Source: Eledone cirrhosa (Eukaryota). Taken from it: 64,000 nt of DNA. Both the position numbers and the translations under genes were made by a program. Within the stretch, counting starts at the first letter, position 1, and the number at the start of each line of letters is the position of its first letter. The notes beneath the pieces are model-generated. The model had not been told where the DNA came from. It ran no database searches and saw nothing but the letters and a program-made list of their open reading frames with translations. Of this stretch, positions 25,219-39,051 are shown in pieces. The stretch covers positions 226,114,001-226,178,000 of the forward strand of contig OZ024740.1 in the NCBI GenBank assembly GCA_964016885.1, read 5' to 3'.

Positions 25219-27370
25219 TATCATTTGAATTGTAAATATCCAAGAAACTACAATGTCTAGGATAATGTGTCTGAGCAACATAAGATTTATTCCTCAAAAT
25301 TTGTCAACATTATATCATTAATATCAAATAATAGGTGGTAGATTGGCAGTATTGGTAGAGTGTCGGATGCCATGCTTTGGCGCATAGAGTTACGGCCCTT
25401 GCCATTCTGAGTTCAAATCCCGCCGAGGTTAACTTTGCCTTTCATCCTTATGGGGTCGATAAAATAAAGTACCAGTAATACACTGGGTAATTGCTGGCCT
25501 TGTGCCTAACGTAGAAACAATTATATCATTAATTCACAACATATATTAATAGTTTCTGGAATATTTACATCTTAAATGATATCTAATTATTTGAAATACC
25601 CTCATATAATTCACAAGATGAATCAGTATGATTCAATATCTGAGAAGAGTGGACACTTGAAATACAGGTACATTTTATTTAATTGGCTCATCCACAATTT
25701 CTGTCTATCCAAAATAACACACAAGTTTTGGGTCAAATTGAGACTATGGTAAAGACACTTGCTAGATACGTCACTTTGTGATAGTGAAGTGAACTTTTTA
25801 ACCATGTGTATGTATGTGTGTTTGAGGGAGAGAGGCCCGGTGAGAGAGGGGGCCAGGTGAGAGAGAGTGGAGCCAGGTGAGAGACAGAGATAGTAAGAAG
25901 GGTGATATAAGATATTTGAAGGGGTCAGATTTTAGTTAAAAGAAAGTTTCAATAAATGTTTTTTAATTCAATGCGATTGACATGGAGTGTCTGAGACAAG
26001 AAACACATATAAGAAATTGCCAATGTTTGTGTTGGCATTGATTTGTATGTATATTTTATGAAATGGGATTGGAATGTAGACTAGTATAAATGTAGTGATA
26101 TATGCTATGACTAGATGAATATTTATCAAGTAGAGAGGGCTAAAATGATTTTTAGGCAGTACTTACTGTATATACTCAAATATAAGCTGATATGAATATA
26201 AGCTGACCTGACTATTTTATGTTTGAGAAATGGGTAAAAATCCAAACCTTATTTATGTAGAATTGAAGTTGGTATAAATTATCAAAATATTAATCATGTA
26301 TATAATCGAACCCCTTCTGTCACCAATATTTTTGTCACATATTCCTCAACCTATATTTGAGTAAATGTGTTAAGTTTCATACCAAGCCTGTAGTTTCAAC
26401 TCTCAGAGAGAACAAACACGGATTTTTGCAATCATCATATGTACAAAACGTCTACTGCTCATGAGAGCAGCCATTTTATGGATTTCAATATTGTAAAGTT
26501 CATGTGATATTTTTCTTTCTAAGAATTTAAGCTATTATGTTAACATGGAACTTATGAAATATTTGTATCTCTTAAGTACAATATAAAGATCACAAATACT
26601 CACATGTGCATGCATACACATACATGTACATATATTTATATATATATATATATATATACACATCCACATTTCTTTGATGTCCATCACAGCTGATAATGAT
26701 ATTGCTCTTGTAATAACCAACTATGAACAGGTACATAGGTGAAAAATCCAATACAGGACTCATAACCTCAATGTTGATGTGTATGTACAGCACTGGTCAA
26801 CCAAATAGTTATTGCTGCTACTACCAAGCCATGGGCCTGACCGTGCTCACAGTGACCTTGTCTAGACAAAGCTTAGCCAGCTCAATAAGATACTGAGTGG
26901 TATGAGCTTGTCAACTTTCTTGATCTTGTCCTGCATCTTCTCAGCTGAACAATAAAATGTTTCGGTGTTTCAGGGTTTGTTGAAGATTATACTTGAATTG
27001 CTATTTCTGCTTGTTATGCATTCTTGCTACACATATAAGGTTTGGATGATGGTGATGGGCTGCCCCTTGATCATCTCATTGTCTATTGTGTTCAGCATCC
27101 AACTGTTCCATAATATCATTGAGAATTTTCCTACACACATTCAAATATTATGACTCCACAATACGTAACCTCAATACTCTCAAGTCCCAAATAATAAGGG
27201 TGGGTATAATTGGGAGAAGGGTGTGTGGAAAATCGGTAATTTTACTAGGCTGCCTCCCTTGATTTAAAAACAAAACAGAATTAGTCATTTAATTTATATA
27301 TTGAGACCCAAACCCATCCTATTTATTTTATAACTTATGTGATTTCTAGTAATGTAATCTTTTTGACATA

Positions 27371-28870
27371 TCATCATCATCATCATCATCACCGTTTTAC
27401 GTCCGTTCTTCCACGCTAGCATGGGTTAGACGGGTTGTCCTGTTGTGCGCAGTGTCTGGTCGGCTGACCATGCCTTGCTCATACAGGAACTGATTTGGCT
27501 TGATTTCTACAGCTGGATGCCCTTCCTAACACCAACCTCATTTACAGTGAGCGCTGGGTGCTTTTTCGTGGCGCCTACACGTCCACTTTACAGTGTGGGC
27601 TGGGTGCTTTTTTTGCCGTGGCACCTCCACGACCACCTTGCGGTGGGGGGTGTGGAGGCATATTGTCTATATGCTTCAGCTTGTACCCATGGGAAGTCGG
27701 GTACTCTGTATTACTGTGTGACGCCAGAGGTCACGGTCATGTGTCATCACCTTTGAGAGGTGTAATTGGGTAAGGTCGGCTTTTATCACCTCATCCCAGG
27801 TCATCTTGGGTCTCCCCACTCCGCGGTTTCCATCGACTTCTAGTGCTCTGCACCTTTTTATGCAGCTGTCATCCTTCATACGCATCACATGTCCATACCA
27901 GCGCAACCACCTCTCCTGCACACAGCATTTGATTCCTCTTATGTTCAGTCTCTCTCTCAATTCATTTATGCTTTGTCGTTCATGTATATTACTGTTACAC
28001 ATCCATCGGAGCATGCAGGCTTCGTTTCTCTCTAATCTACGTAAGTCTTCCACCTTCAGCGCCCAGGTCTCACTACCATGCAACATCGCTGTTCGGATAC
28101 ATGCATCATACAGTCTGCCTTTCATTCTGAGGGAGAAGCCTTTTGCAGCTAGCAGTGGTAGTAGTTCCCTAAACTTCTTCCATCCCGTTCTTACCCTAGT
28201 TATTGTACTTTCTAAACACCCACCTCTGCTGCTAATTCGGTCACCTAGGTAGCAGAAGCTGTCTACTGTTTCTACAGAGCCCTCCCAGAGATTGGTGGTA
28301 CTTGTTTCCTGTGGCTGTTTGCTGCTTGTTGTCCCAGCACAGCTGCTGCATGTGAAGCCTACATTCTTAATTAAGCTTCCTGAGATCCCGTTACATCTCT
28401 TGTGTACCCATTGTTTGCATTTGGGGCAGAGAATGGAGTTCCTACCTACACCTTTCCTACATACTGCGCAAGGCCATTTCCCTGAGGGGATCTGGGTTCT
28501 GTTTTCTCGTCTACTTACAAGGACCTTAGTCTTTGTCATGTTGACTTTGAGACCCTTTCTTTCTAGTCCCTGCTTCAAAGTTTGGAATTTCATCTCTAGT
28601 TCTACCATAGATTCAGCTATAAGTGCGAGGTCATCAGCATACAGGAGTTCCCATGGGCATCCGGTCTTAAACTCCTCCGTTATTGCCTGCAGGACTATGA
28701 TGAACAGGAAGGGGCTAAGAACAGAGCCCTGGTGGACCCCAACCTGTACGCTAAATTCCTCGCTATACTCATTGCTAATCCTAACTTTGTTGACTGCTCC
28801 CCTATACATGGCTTGTACTGCTTTCACAAGCCATTCATCTACTCCTAGTTTTCTAAGAGCCCACCAGATT
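27371..28870 (-). mobile_element. 5'-truncated RTE-clade LINE; ORF 27676-28827 (383 aa, uninterrupted): RT C-half, PHD finger, RTE C-terminus
   Basis: GVHQGSVLSP, LLYADD, FCYLG, LRWYGHVMRM, GRP motifs; 3'UTR and (GAT)n tail. Confidence 0.95.
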
Positions 28871-31123
28871 ATATAATAACTTTTAATGTATAAAGAAAAT
28901 TAAATGTTGCAGGAATGCTATGATTTAAAATGAAATTTCGTCGGAAATAGATTAGCAAAATTAAATAATAGTGGGAGGAAGAACGATTAATTGAAGCCCA
29001 AGAGTATGTGCTTTTTTAAAGATTAGAGGGTATAATTGGATAGAGATTTGGCTGCTATTTCTAGAAAGTCCATCAACCACATATAGGCTCCTATATTGGC
29101 TTGTTCTGTCTTGTCTTTAAATAAATATTGGCTTTTTTGTTTTATATGTGCATGTTGGTGGTTTGCTAGTTAAGCTAAGGGTGGTTGGGAAGTCTGTTGT
29201 TATCTAGCCTGAAAACATGCCTTGACTAATGCGACTTTAGTTTGCCAAAGATTACTTCCATGCCCAGTAATTCCAGTATTTTCAAAGATTTCCAGGTTTA
29301 ATACTCTGTCTGGCCAACTATTCTTGTGTATCTGATGAAATGTTTTACTCAAGAACAGAACACACAACCCAGCCCAGGAATAGAACTCATGACATTATGA
29401 CCATACATCCAGCACCATTACCACTAGGCCACGCACCTCCACACATATACTTGAATATCGAAAATATTTTCTTTATATTGTGAGTCTGAATCAATGAATC
29501 TCAGTGAATGTGAATTGGCGAAAACTATATATAATCTCTTCTGTTAGCAGTTACATTATTGCTCTTAACAGCTCAACATATCTATTGAATTTTGTGGATA
29601 GGAATTAACAAAACCTTTATCATTAGATATTTTTTCATTAGCTAACTAAACAGATTTTATATTCAGAATCAGTTAAATCAAGACTAAAATAATATTGTTA
29701 ACTGTATAGAATTGGATTTCAATTGGCCATGTAAAAGAAACTTGTAAACTTTTACCCTTAATTGTTTAAATTCATCTGGGTGGGAGGACTTTTGGGAAAG
29801 TGTACATAATTGCTATTATAACATAGTGGTCTTAATAATCACTTCTTATCCTTCTCAAGTCTAGCTATGCAAGTAATGTCAATAATACAATGAAATAGCA
29901 ATGGGGAAATGCAAACTATCAAGTCAGGAGCTTTTTGTACTTTCTGTATATAATCCTGGCATAAACAATGATATGATTTTTAATAATATAATAATTGTAA
30001 TTTACTTGAAAAAAGTTAGCTTTATTTAATCTATTGTAAATATTGATGCAGTCTAGGATATGAACGTCTTAGATTGATCAAAACTATAGCTAGTGTAGAT
30101 CTTTCTATTTAAGTTACTGGACAATCAAAACTGTAATTCCTGAACAAATGAAGCCAGAATAATCTAGAAACTTATTAATTCAAAAGAAACCATAAGATGA
30201 AAAGTAATCTTCCTGTCTTAACTGTCCTCTCAATGCCTTCAGCTATCAACTTACAATGCAGATTTAGACCAAGCTGCAGTATGATTGATTTGTTGGTTGG
30301 TTTGTCTGTTTTTTTTTGTTTTTTTTTTCTTTAAATTTTTTTCTACCCTTTGCAACTGGCCTGTTACCCTACTTTATCTCTTTCTATTGATTTCTATTTG
30401 TAGCACAGCTATAAACTTTTAAAAATAGAAGTAAAATCGAACATAATGATATTCAATTTCTTGATTCACATTAATGTTTCATGTTATAAGTTATTATATA
30501 CATTTGGAATTGTTTATTTATTTTTATATCACATAGTAACTGTAAGAAAAAAGAAGCATCATCATCAAATTGTAGTAACGATAATAATAATGGCTTTTGA
30601 TTTAATCACAAGGCCAACAATTTTTGGGGAGGAGAAAGTCAATGAAATCAACACCAGTCCATAACTGGTACTTTATTTTATCAACCATGTAAGGATGAAA
30701 GGCAAAGTTAACGTTGGCAGAATTTGAACTCTGAACATAAATGTACTAATACTGCCAATCCATTTTGGGTGAGGGGAATGTCAGTTAAAACAACTGCAGT
30801 ACTGGACTGGTACTTTAGTTTATCGACCCCAGAATGATGAAGGGTAGGACATGAACATACAATACAAATAGCTGGAACAGTTATGATCACTAGTCCTTTC
30901 TATCAATACCACCATCATCATCATTACTATCTTTCTTTTCAATATCTAAATACAAGGAGAAATTTACAAAAAATCGGAAGCTAATTACATTAAAGAAAAT
31001 GATTTGGATAAGGACAAAACAACAGAAAAGGTGAAAGAAATAAAAAATCAAATTAAAATTCAAAAAAATATATTAAATAAATATGTAGAGAAAAACCACG
31101 TTAAGGTCAGTAACTAGTAACAA

Positions 31124-31900
31124 TTAACCCTCTCAGACATGGGCCCCTATGTCTAACTTTACCTGGGCTTTTGAGCAAAAAAATAAATAGTTGCATACAC
31201 AGCTCAAGAGTAATGATTGCTGGCAAACTAATGGACAAAATCAACACAAGATGCAGTAAATGTGTCTATTCACCCTTCATTTAGATTTACATAATTTCCA
31301 CCACCCCTGTCAGTATCAGCTGTGTGAGGGCTACACCGAATTTGTTCGCCCGAATCACTAATTTTCTCATCACTTTCACAAGTTTCATTGTCTGGATCAC
31401 TCTCACTGTCTATGCAAAGGAAACTTGTTAAAAAATCTTGCTCACATTCATCCATAGAATAAATATCATCAGTAATTTCATCAACTGTAAAGAGTCTAGG
31501 CCTTACTTGTTTACCAGATGAAGTGCTGGGTTCATCATACACTTGTTTCATCATAAAGGTAATTGTTTTTTTTCCATGAAAACAACAACTATAGGGAACG
31601 CCATTAACACTGACTCATAAACGCATGTAACTACAAAGCAGTAATGTGGTTGTCTATTTTTAGTATTTTATCTTCTTTTTCTGTGTGTTGTTCATTACCA
31701 CTTTAAGGGGAATCTGGTAGAGACTACGTTTAGGCTATTACCACTATAGTGGCAAAATGGCACGATAGGGCTAACAGAGAAGTATGCTCAAGTAGAAGCC
31801 AATAATGGCTCAAAAGCTCTGGACTAAAAGCAGAAATAGGTCTGATTTTAGCTGCACATGCTCAATATCGACACATATCTACACACAAATACTCTGAGAA
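31124..31900 (-). mobile_element. piggyBac-like relic with acidic transposase-N-terminus-like ORF (31270-31554)
   Basis: 'ttaaccctctc' terminus at 31124. ORF 'RLFTVDEITDDI...DSESDPDNE' resembles the acidic N-termini of piggyBac transposases; no DDD domain seen. Confidence 0.45.
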
Positions 31901-31956
31901 AAATATATGAAATAAATTGCAAAGAGCAAATTATGCAAGCAGTACAATAAGATCAC

Positions 31957-32403
31957 ATCATCCTCATCATCATCATCATCATCATCACCGTTTTATGTCA
32001 ATGTTTCCATACTAGCATGGGTTAGATGGGTTGTCCTGTTGTGGGCAATGCCAGGACAGGTGACCATGTCTTGCTCACACAGGACTGATTTTGGCTCGGT
32101 TTCTACTGCTGGATGCCCTTCCTAACACCAACCTCATTTACAGTGAGTACTGGGTGCTTTTTTTACCGTGGCGCCTACACGACCACTTTAAAGTGTGGAC
32201 TGGGTGCTTTTTGTTGTGACACCTACATAACCACTTTACTGTGGGAGGGGCATGGGGGCATGTTGTCTATATGCTTCAGCTTTGGCTTGTACCCATGGGA
32301 ACTTGGGTCTTCTGTATTACTGCATAACACCAGAGGTCTCAGTCCTGTGTCATCGCCTTTGAGAGGTGCAATTGGGCAAAGTCAGTTTTTATCACCTCAT
32401 TCC
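31957..32403 (-). mobile_element. RTE 3' end fragment (same family as 27371-28870)
   Basis: Colinear with 27371-27797; (CAT)n on the + strand. Confidence 0.9.
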
Positions 32404-33585
32404 TAGGGATATTGTCATGTCTTTGACACAAATGAAGTTCTCTATGACTGGATGCTATTCCTCTCATGAACACTAGAGAGGTTAGGCCTTTGACATATAC
32501 AATGGGCACCAGTTGCATCTACTAAAGTCTCTCATGAGGCAATAGTTGGTTTCAGGATATTGTAGAAGACACTTCCTTAAGGCACAGTGGGATCAGACCC
32601 AAGAATGGGTGGCTGCAAAATAAATGTCTTAATCACACAGCCACACCTGCACTTATAGACAGAAGCATAGACCATTACCAAAGGAAATAAAAATCTAGTT
32701 AACTTGAGAAAAGTAGCAACTCAGCCAGTGTGGTTTTTTTAATGAAATTCTATTCCATTAATAAACAATAGGCAGTAAGTATTTCATCAAAAGTCTCCTG
32801 CTTTATAAACAAAGAATCTTTACAAAAGCAAATTCTGAGATTTGAACTGAATAACATGATAACAATTTGATTTGAGAGGTTTCCCTGTCCGAACTTGAAC
32901 GTAACAATAAAAAATACACTACAGTTTCTTCTCATAAGAAGCCATTCTATTTATCAGAATAGTCTCTAGCAAGAAAATAAGTTCAGAGATCAACATTTAT
33001 CAATTACACTAAACACAAAATTACATTGTTCTGCATTAAATATCATTGAATGAATCTTTGAAATACATAATATTCTTATTTTCAAACAGTTAAAAATGTT
33101 GATGATGATTTTAAAAGTGAATTGGTTATAGATTGGTGTATTTCTATGAGTTCACTAAATTTAAAAATAAAAAGATACCTTGTAAAATACTTGCATGAAT
33201 AAACCATCACCATCATCATCATCAGCAGCATTGTCACCATCATCATAATCATTTTTACATCTAATTTTCCATGCTAGCATGGGTAAGAGGAAAGAGCCAG
33301 ATGCTGCTTTTGATACCAACCCATACTTTATTGATAAATATTGTATATGTTGTTCTTATTCATTAAACCACTATGCTGTAAGAAGTATTGTTTACGTGAA
33401 ATATAAACAAACAGGATCTCTTCTTAAATGTTGGCACTTAAAAGTACATATAGTAAACTGACACACATGCACGTGCACACACACATACATATATATATGT
33501 GTGTGTGAGTGTGTGTGTATGAGTGAGTGTGAGTGCACATGTGTGTGATCTTTACAGTTTTTAAGGAATTGGTTGGCTCATGGCT

Positions 33586-33764
33586 ATACGGGTAAAATTC
33601 CATTATAAAAAGGTTTTCAGTATAACAACATTTTTTTCAATCCCGAGGTAATAGCAAACAAACACTCAATTTGTTCTGGTCGATCTCATTATGAAGAAAT
33701 TTTCATTACAACGAATTATTTTTTATACACCATGAATTTTGTTATAACAGAATTTCACTCTAGT
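33586..33764. mobile_element. Tigger/pogo-like MITE
   Basis: Imperfect TIRs 'tacgggtaaaattccattataa' and 'ttataacagaatttcactcta'. Confidence 0.55.
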
Positions 33765-34004
33765 AGAAAAAGACCCCTGGCTACGATGCCACTTAGTCAG
33801 TACAAATCTGAAACCATGTGGTTGTGAAGCAAACTTCTACATATTATAAGTTCAATTACAACTAGTGTTTCTTCTTTAATATTTTTGAAATCAATTAAAT
33901 GTTTAACCAGTTAAGTATTGGGGCAAATTTAATTGATTAAATAATTTGAAATAATTTGCCTCTATTGACATTAACTTTTTTATCATGATTGTTGCTGTTG
34001 TTTA

Positions 34005-34212
34005 GCATAAGATCAGTCCTCAGCAGGCAAATCTATTATCAAAGTGCTTCCAATCATAGCAATTCCAACATTTCTGACATACTCTTTCTGTGATTAAATT
34101 ATTCAATGTGTCCTAATTTTTCTTAATATGGTAGGGAGGAAATTTCAGAGAGATTTAGTTGCTATTTCTAGTAAGTAAAAGTAATCACATACAAACTCCT
34201 TTATTGGCTCAT
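34005..34212 (+). repeat. Interspersed repeat family; other copies about 29020-29100, 41690-41830(-), 56370-56430, 57480-57665, 63160-63300
   Basis: Shared 'tatgatcaaa...ttccagccatgac' and 'gagatttggctgctatttctag' blocks. Confidence 0.6.
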
Positions 34213-34655
34213 TTAATAATATGGTTGTTATTTTTGAGATAGTTTACCCCTCAGTCAGCCTGATTGTACAGACATATGAGGAAAGGTATTAAATCAAGGA
34301 CTATCTTAATTATTGAATATATTCCTTTTTTTAAGAAATTTGGGTTTGAGGTAGGTTTGGTTGATATTTTTAAAAAGTGAAGATTTTTGTTTCATTCCTA
34401 TACGTAAATCATTCCCTAATCTGGTATCTGGTTTAAAAGTACTCATATTCCTACATATAAAATTCTAATTTTATTGATTATCTCTCACCAAAGTATATAT
34501 TTTTCCATAAAAACTTTGATCTGCCAATTGATATCTCATAATTAACAGGTTGTATCCTCATATGACTTATATTTATGTAATATTTCTACTATTAAATCAT
34601 ACATATATATATATATGTATATATATATATTTATGTATATATTTATATATATATG

Positions 34656-34691
<36 letters not shown>

Positions 34692-34697
<6 letters not shown>

Positions 34698-36320
34698 GAC
34701 GGGTAAGGCGGCTAGGCCTTCGGAAATAGTTGCTGAAATGCTGAAAGCTTCTGGAATGGTGGGACACACTATGGTCACCCGGATAGTAAACCAAGTCATA
34801 CAGAATGGGGTTGTTCCGAAGGACTGGCATAGCAGCATCATCATTAACTGTTACAAGGGTAAAGTAGATGCCCTAGATAGGGGTTACTATAGAGGCATTA
34901 AATTAATCGACCAGGTCATGAAGGTCACAGAAAAAGTAATAGCGCAACTAATCAGAGAGCGAATTGATCTAGATGAAATGCAGTTCGGGTTTGTGTCAGG
35001 TAAAAGTACCACAGACGCTCTTTTCATTGTACCACAACTACAGGAGAAGTACCTAGCTAAAAGTAAACCCTTATACTTAGCTTTTGTCGACTTTGAGAAA
35101 GCCTTTGACAAGAGTCCCCCGTTCCATTATCTGGTGGGCTCTTAGAAAACTAGGTGTTGATGAATGGCTTGTGAGAGCTATACAAGCCATGTATAAAGAA
35201 ACAGTCAGCAAGATTAGAATTAACAACGAATATAGTGAAGAGTTTAGCGTAAAAGTTGGTGTTCATCAGGGCTCCGTTCTTAGCCCCCCCCCCTACTATT
35301 TATTATTGCCATTCAGGCTATAACAGAGGAGTTCAAGACTGGCTGCCCATGGCAACTCCTATATGCAGATGATCTAATGCTCATAGCTGAATCAATAGCT
35401 GAACTAGAGAAGAAGTTCCAAATATGGAAGCATGGCCTAGAATCAAAAGGCCTTAAAATTTACCTGTCTAAGACTAAAGTTCTAGTTTGTAGGAAGGAAA
35501 ATAGGGCACCGGTCCCATCCGGGAAATGGCCATGCTCAGTGTGTAGGAAAGGAGTAGGCAGAAACTCCATTTTATGTCCCAAATGCAAAGCATGGGTGCA
35601 TAAAAGATGTAGTGGGATCACAGGTAAGCTAACTAAGAATATACATTTTATATGTGGCCAGTGCTCTGGTGCAATAAGTAGCAGCAAGTGCCCACAAAAT
35701 ACTAGCTCATTCCATTGCACAGATGGTTCTATAGAAATAGTGGACACCTTCTGTTACTTGGGTGACAAAATCAGCAGTGGTGGAGGGTGCTCTGAAAGTA
35801 CAGTAGCTAGAGTCAGAACTGGATGGAAAAAGTTCAGAGAGCTTATACCACTATTAGCCGCTAAAGGGTTCTCTCTAAAAATGAAAGGCAGGCTGTATGA
35901 TGCCTGCATACGAACAGCAATGTTACATGGAAGTGAGACGTGGGCATTGTGTGCAGAGGATATACGCAGACTGGAGAGGAACGATGCTTGCATGCTCCAC
36001 TGGATGTGTAATAGTAATATACGTGAATGGCAAAGCATAAACGAACTAAGGGAAAAATTAGAAATAAGAGGGATCAGATGCTGTTTACTCGAGAGAAGAC
36101 TACGTTGGTATGATCACGAGATGCGCATGAAACACGACAGCTGTATAAAAATGTGCAGGGCAATAAAAATAGACGGTAGCCACGGAGTAGGCAGACCCAG
36201 AAAAACCTGGGACGACCTGATAAATTCCGACCTCACACACTTACACCTCGCCTAGACAATGTCACTGGACCGAGATCTTTGGACCTACACAGTAATACAG
36301 AGGACCCGCCTTGCCTAAGT
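34692..36320 (+). mobile_element. 5'-truncated RTE LINE with frameshifts: RT domain, PHD finger, C-terminus
   Basis: YRGIKL, QFGF, STTDA, FVDFEKAFD, GVHQGS, YADD motifs; starts directly after (TA)n. Confidence 0.95.
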
Positions 36321-36433
36321 ACAAAGCAACATCATGTTTCGTCCTATTGAGTTGTAATGCAGTGCTTACGCCATTTTTATTTTATTAACTGTTGGTCAGC
36401 CAATGATAAACATTGAAAGTGATAAACATTGAA

Positions 36434-36622
36434 AGGAAGTGTGGTAAGGAACCAGGTGGACCATAACACACCAGAGTACTCGATACTTTGGGTAGTAGAG
36501 TGGGTAATAGCAAAAGGTTCAGGAACCTGACGGCAGAGCTCAAGCCAGTTCGACTGCTATTGCTGGACTGAAATAGCCGGTGAAATGGCTTGGTTCTGTC
36601 GTCGGGGTCCTGAACCTTTTCT
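36434..36622 (-). repeat. Fold-back repeat family, reverse-complement relative of 46269-46470
   Basis: 'gtggtaaggaaccaggtggaccataac...gagtgggtaatag' is the reverse complement of 46393-46462; both copies end in a long hairpin next to (TA)n. Confidence 0.8.
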
Positions 36623-36867
36623 TATATATATATATATATTCTACCTCATGCTAGAATACATATATATATATATATATATTCTAACCCATGCTAGCGGGGA
36701 ATATGGACGTTAAACGAAGATGATGATGATGATGATATATTAATTTATATATACATATGTATAAAAAAAATGTATACATACATACATATGTATATAAATT
36801 TATATGTACATACACAGGTATATATATATAGACATATGTATATAAATTTATGTATATATATATATAT

Positions 36868-37223
36868 ATGTGTCACGACAAAAAAACACACAGTCCACGC
36901 TGTAATGTGGCCGTGTAGGCAACACGGTAAAAACCTCCCAGCCCCACACTGTAAATGTGGTTGGTGTTAGGAAGGGCATCCAGCTGTAGAAAACCCGCCA
37001 GACAGTCCACGCTGTAATGTGGCCGTGTAGGCAACACGGTAAAAACCTCCCAGCCCCACACTGTAAATGTGGTTGGTGTTAGGAAGGGCATCCAGCTGTA
37101 GAAAACCCACCAGACAGTCCTATGCGAGCAAGACAACCACTCTTGCCTCAAGTGGGAAAACCCCCGTCCAAACCCATGCAAGCGTGGAACACGGACGCTA
37201 AACCTGATGATGATGATGATGAT
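36868..37223 (+). mobile_element. RTE 3'UTR insertion with internal 112-bp tandem duplication
   Basis: 'cagtccacgctgtaatg..' at 36891 and 37003; (GAT)n tail. Confidence 0.9.
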
Positions 37224-37224
37224 A

Positions 37225-38081
37225 TAAACAAAGCTTGCATGCTCCGCTGGATGTGTAATAGTAATATACGTGAACGGCAAAGCATAAACGAACTAAGGGA
37301 GAAATTAGGAATAAGAGGGATCAGATGTTGTTTATTCGAGAGAAGACTACGTTGGTACGGTCATGTGATGCGCATGAAAGACGTCAGCTGTATAAAAAAG
37401 TGCAGGGCGATAAAAATAGACGGTAGCCATGGAGTAGGCAGACCCAGAAAAACCTGGGACGACCTGATAAATTCCGACCTCACACACTTACACCTCTCCA
37501 AGACAATGTCACTGGACTGAGATCTTTGGCGCTACACAGTTATACAGAAGACCCGCCTTGCCTAAGTACAAAGCGAAACCTACAGTCAGTAGGCATCTCT
37601 AACAAAATAAACCCCCTTCCCACTATCCCCACCTCATCCACACCACCTCCTTAAATGTGAAGTTATATTGGTACCACAACATCCAGTCTGAAACAGATGA
37701 AGTTGTGTAGGTGTCACAACAAAAAAACACACAGTCCATGCTGTAATGTGGCCGTGTAGGTAACACGGTAAAAACCTCCCAGTACATACTGTAAATGTGG
37801 TTGGTGTTGGGAAGGGCACCCAGCCGTAGAAAACCCACCAGACGTGTAGGTGTCACGACAAAAAAACACACAGTCCACGCTGTAATATGGCCGTGTAGGT
37901 AACATGGTAAAAACCTCCCAGTCCACACTGTAAACGTGGTTGGTGTTAGGAAGGGCATCCAGCTGTAGAAAACCCTGCCAGACAGTCCTGAGCAAGACAA
38001 CCAATCTTGCCTCAAGTGGGACAATTCCCGTCCAGACCCATGCTAGCGTGGAAAATGGACGTTAAACTATGATGATGATGA
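37225..38081 (+). mobile_element. RTE 3' fragment (ORF end plus 3'UTR with about 139-bp duplication)
   Basis: ACMLRWMC..LRWYGHVMRM..GRPRKTW; 'gtgtaggtgtcac' at 37705 and 37844. Confidence 0.92.
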
Positions 38082-38217
38082 TATATATGCATATATATAT
38101 ATATGTGTATATATATGTGTGTGTGTATATATATATAAATGTGTCTATATATATGTATATAAATTCAAATATTTATATATATGAATATATATATATATAT
38201 GAATATATATATATATA

Positions 38218-38264
<47 letters not shown>

Positions 38265-38632
38265 TTATCTCTGGCAATGGCAAAATCTGTTAAAAGTGGA
38301 CATATATTTTCTGATTAATCAAATGTTTATAGAAGAATAAGTTATCTGCTTTCTTATATTTCATGTTAGATGCACACAAATCAGTGAATAGTATTTCTTT
38401 TATTATTGATACAACTGCTTTCATTGAAATGATATAAGGCATATTAGCTTGACTGTTACCATTTAGGAGTTGTTGAAGGAAAGTATCGGAAAGTATTGCG
38501 ATAAAACTGACAGAAAGTTAACAGCTACTTACTCTGACCTATCCATAACAACTTAATCATGTCTGCTAAATGCAAAAATATATATATGAATCATGAAGAT
38601 TTAGCATTAAAGTCATCATCACCCCATCAGCA

Positions 38633-38633
38633 T

Positions 38634-38685
<52 letters not shown>

Positions 38686-38700
38686 GCTGCTGCTGCTACT
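38633..38700. repeat. (TAC)n(TGC)n microsatellite
   Basis: Seen directly. Confidence 0.95.
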
Positions 38701-39051
38701 ACGATTTTATTATATCATACACAGTGAAACGTCAAGTATAAATATGCAACAATAATGAAACTAAATATAAAGTAAGACAACAACACCAAGAGATATTTTT
38801 CCAATCAATATTATAAATATCCAACTCTCCCTTCTCCCTCTTACTATCACCCTATGTGAGTAATTTAAGATATTGAAAATGACCATTATTCTTATAATTC
38901 CAATGGGAGACAATGTTTTAAAAAAAATTTTTTTTTGCTCCGCCAACTATTTGTGCTTGTCAATACTCAAAGTAATTTTGCAGCTTCATGAAGAAAAAAC
39001 TTGTTAGATGGTGCAGGTTTTATTTGTTTATTCATACAACTTCTTTCATAG

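Noticed and set aside
25335-25425. tRNA gene
   Set aside because: A/B boxes are present but the sequence continues into the SINE body and tail, with no full cloverleaf.
27806-28876. Long + strand ORFs (148 and 194 aa); likewise 35460-36038(-) and 46553-46927(-)
   Set aside because: Antisense shadows of the RTE ORF.
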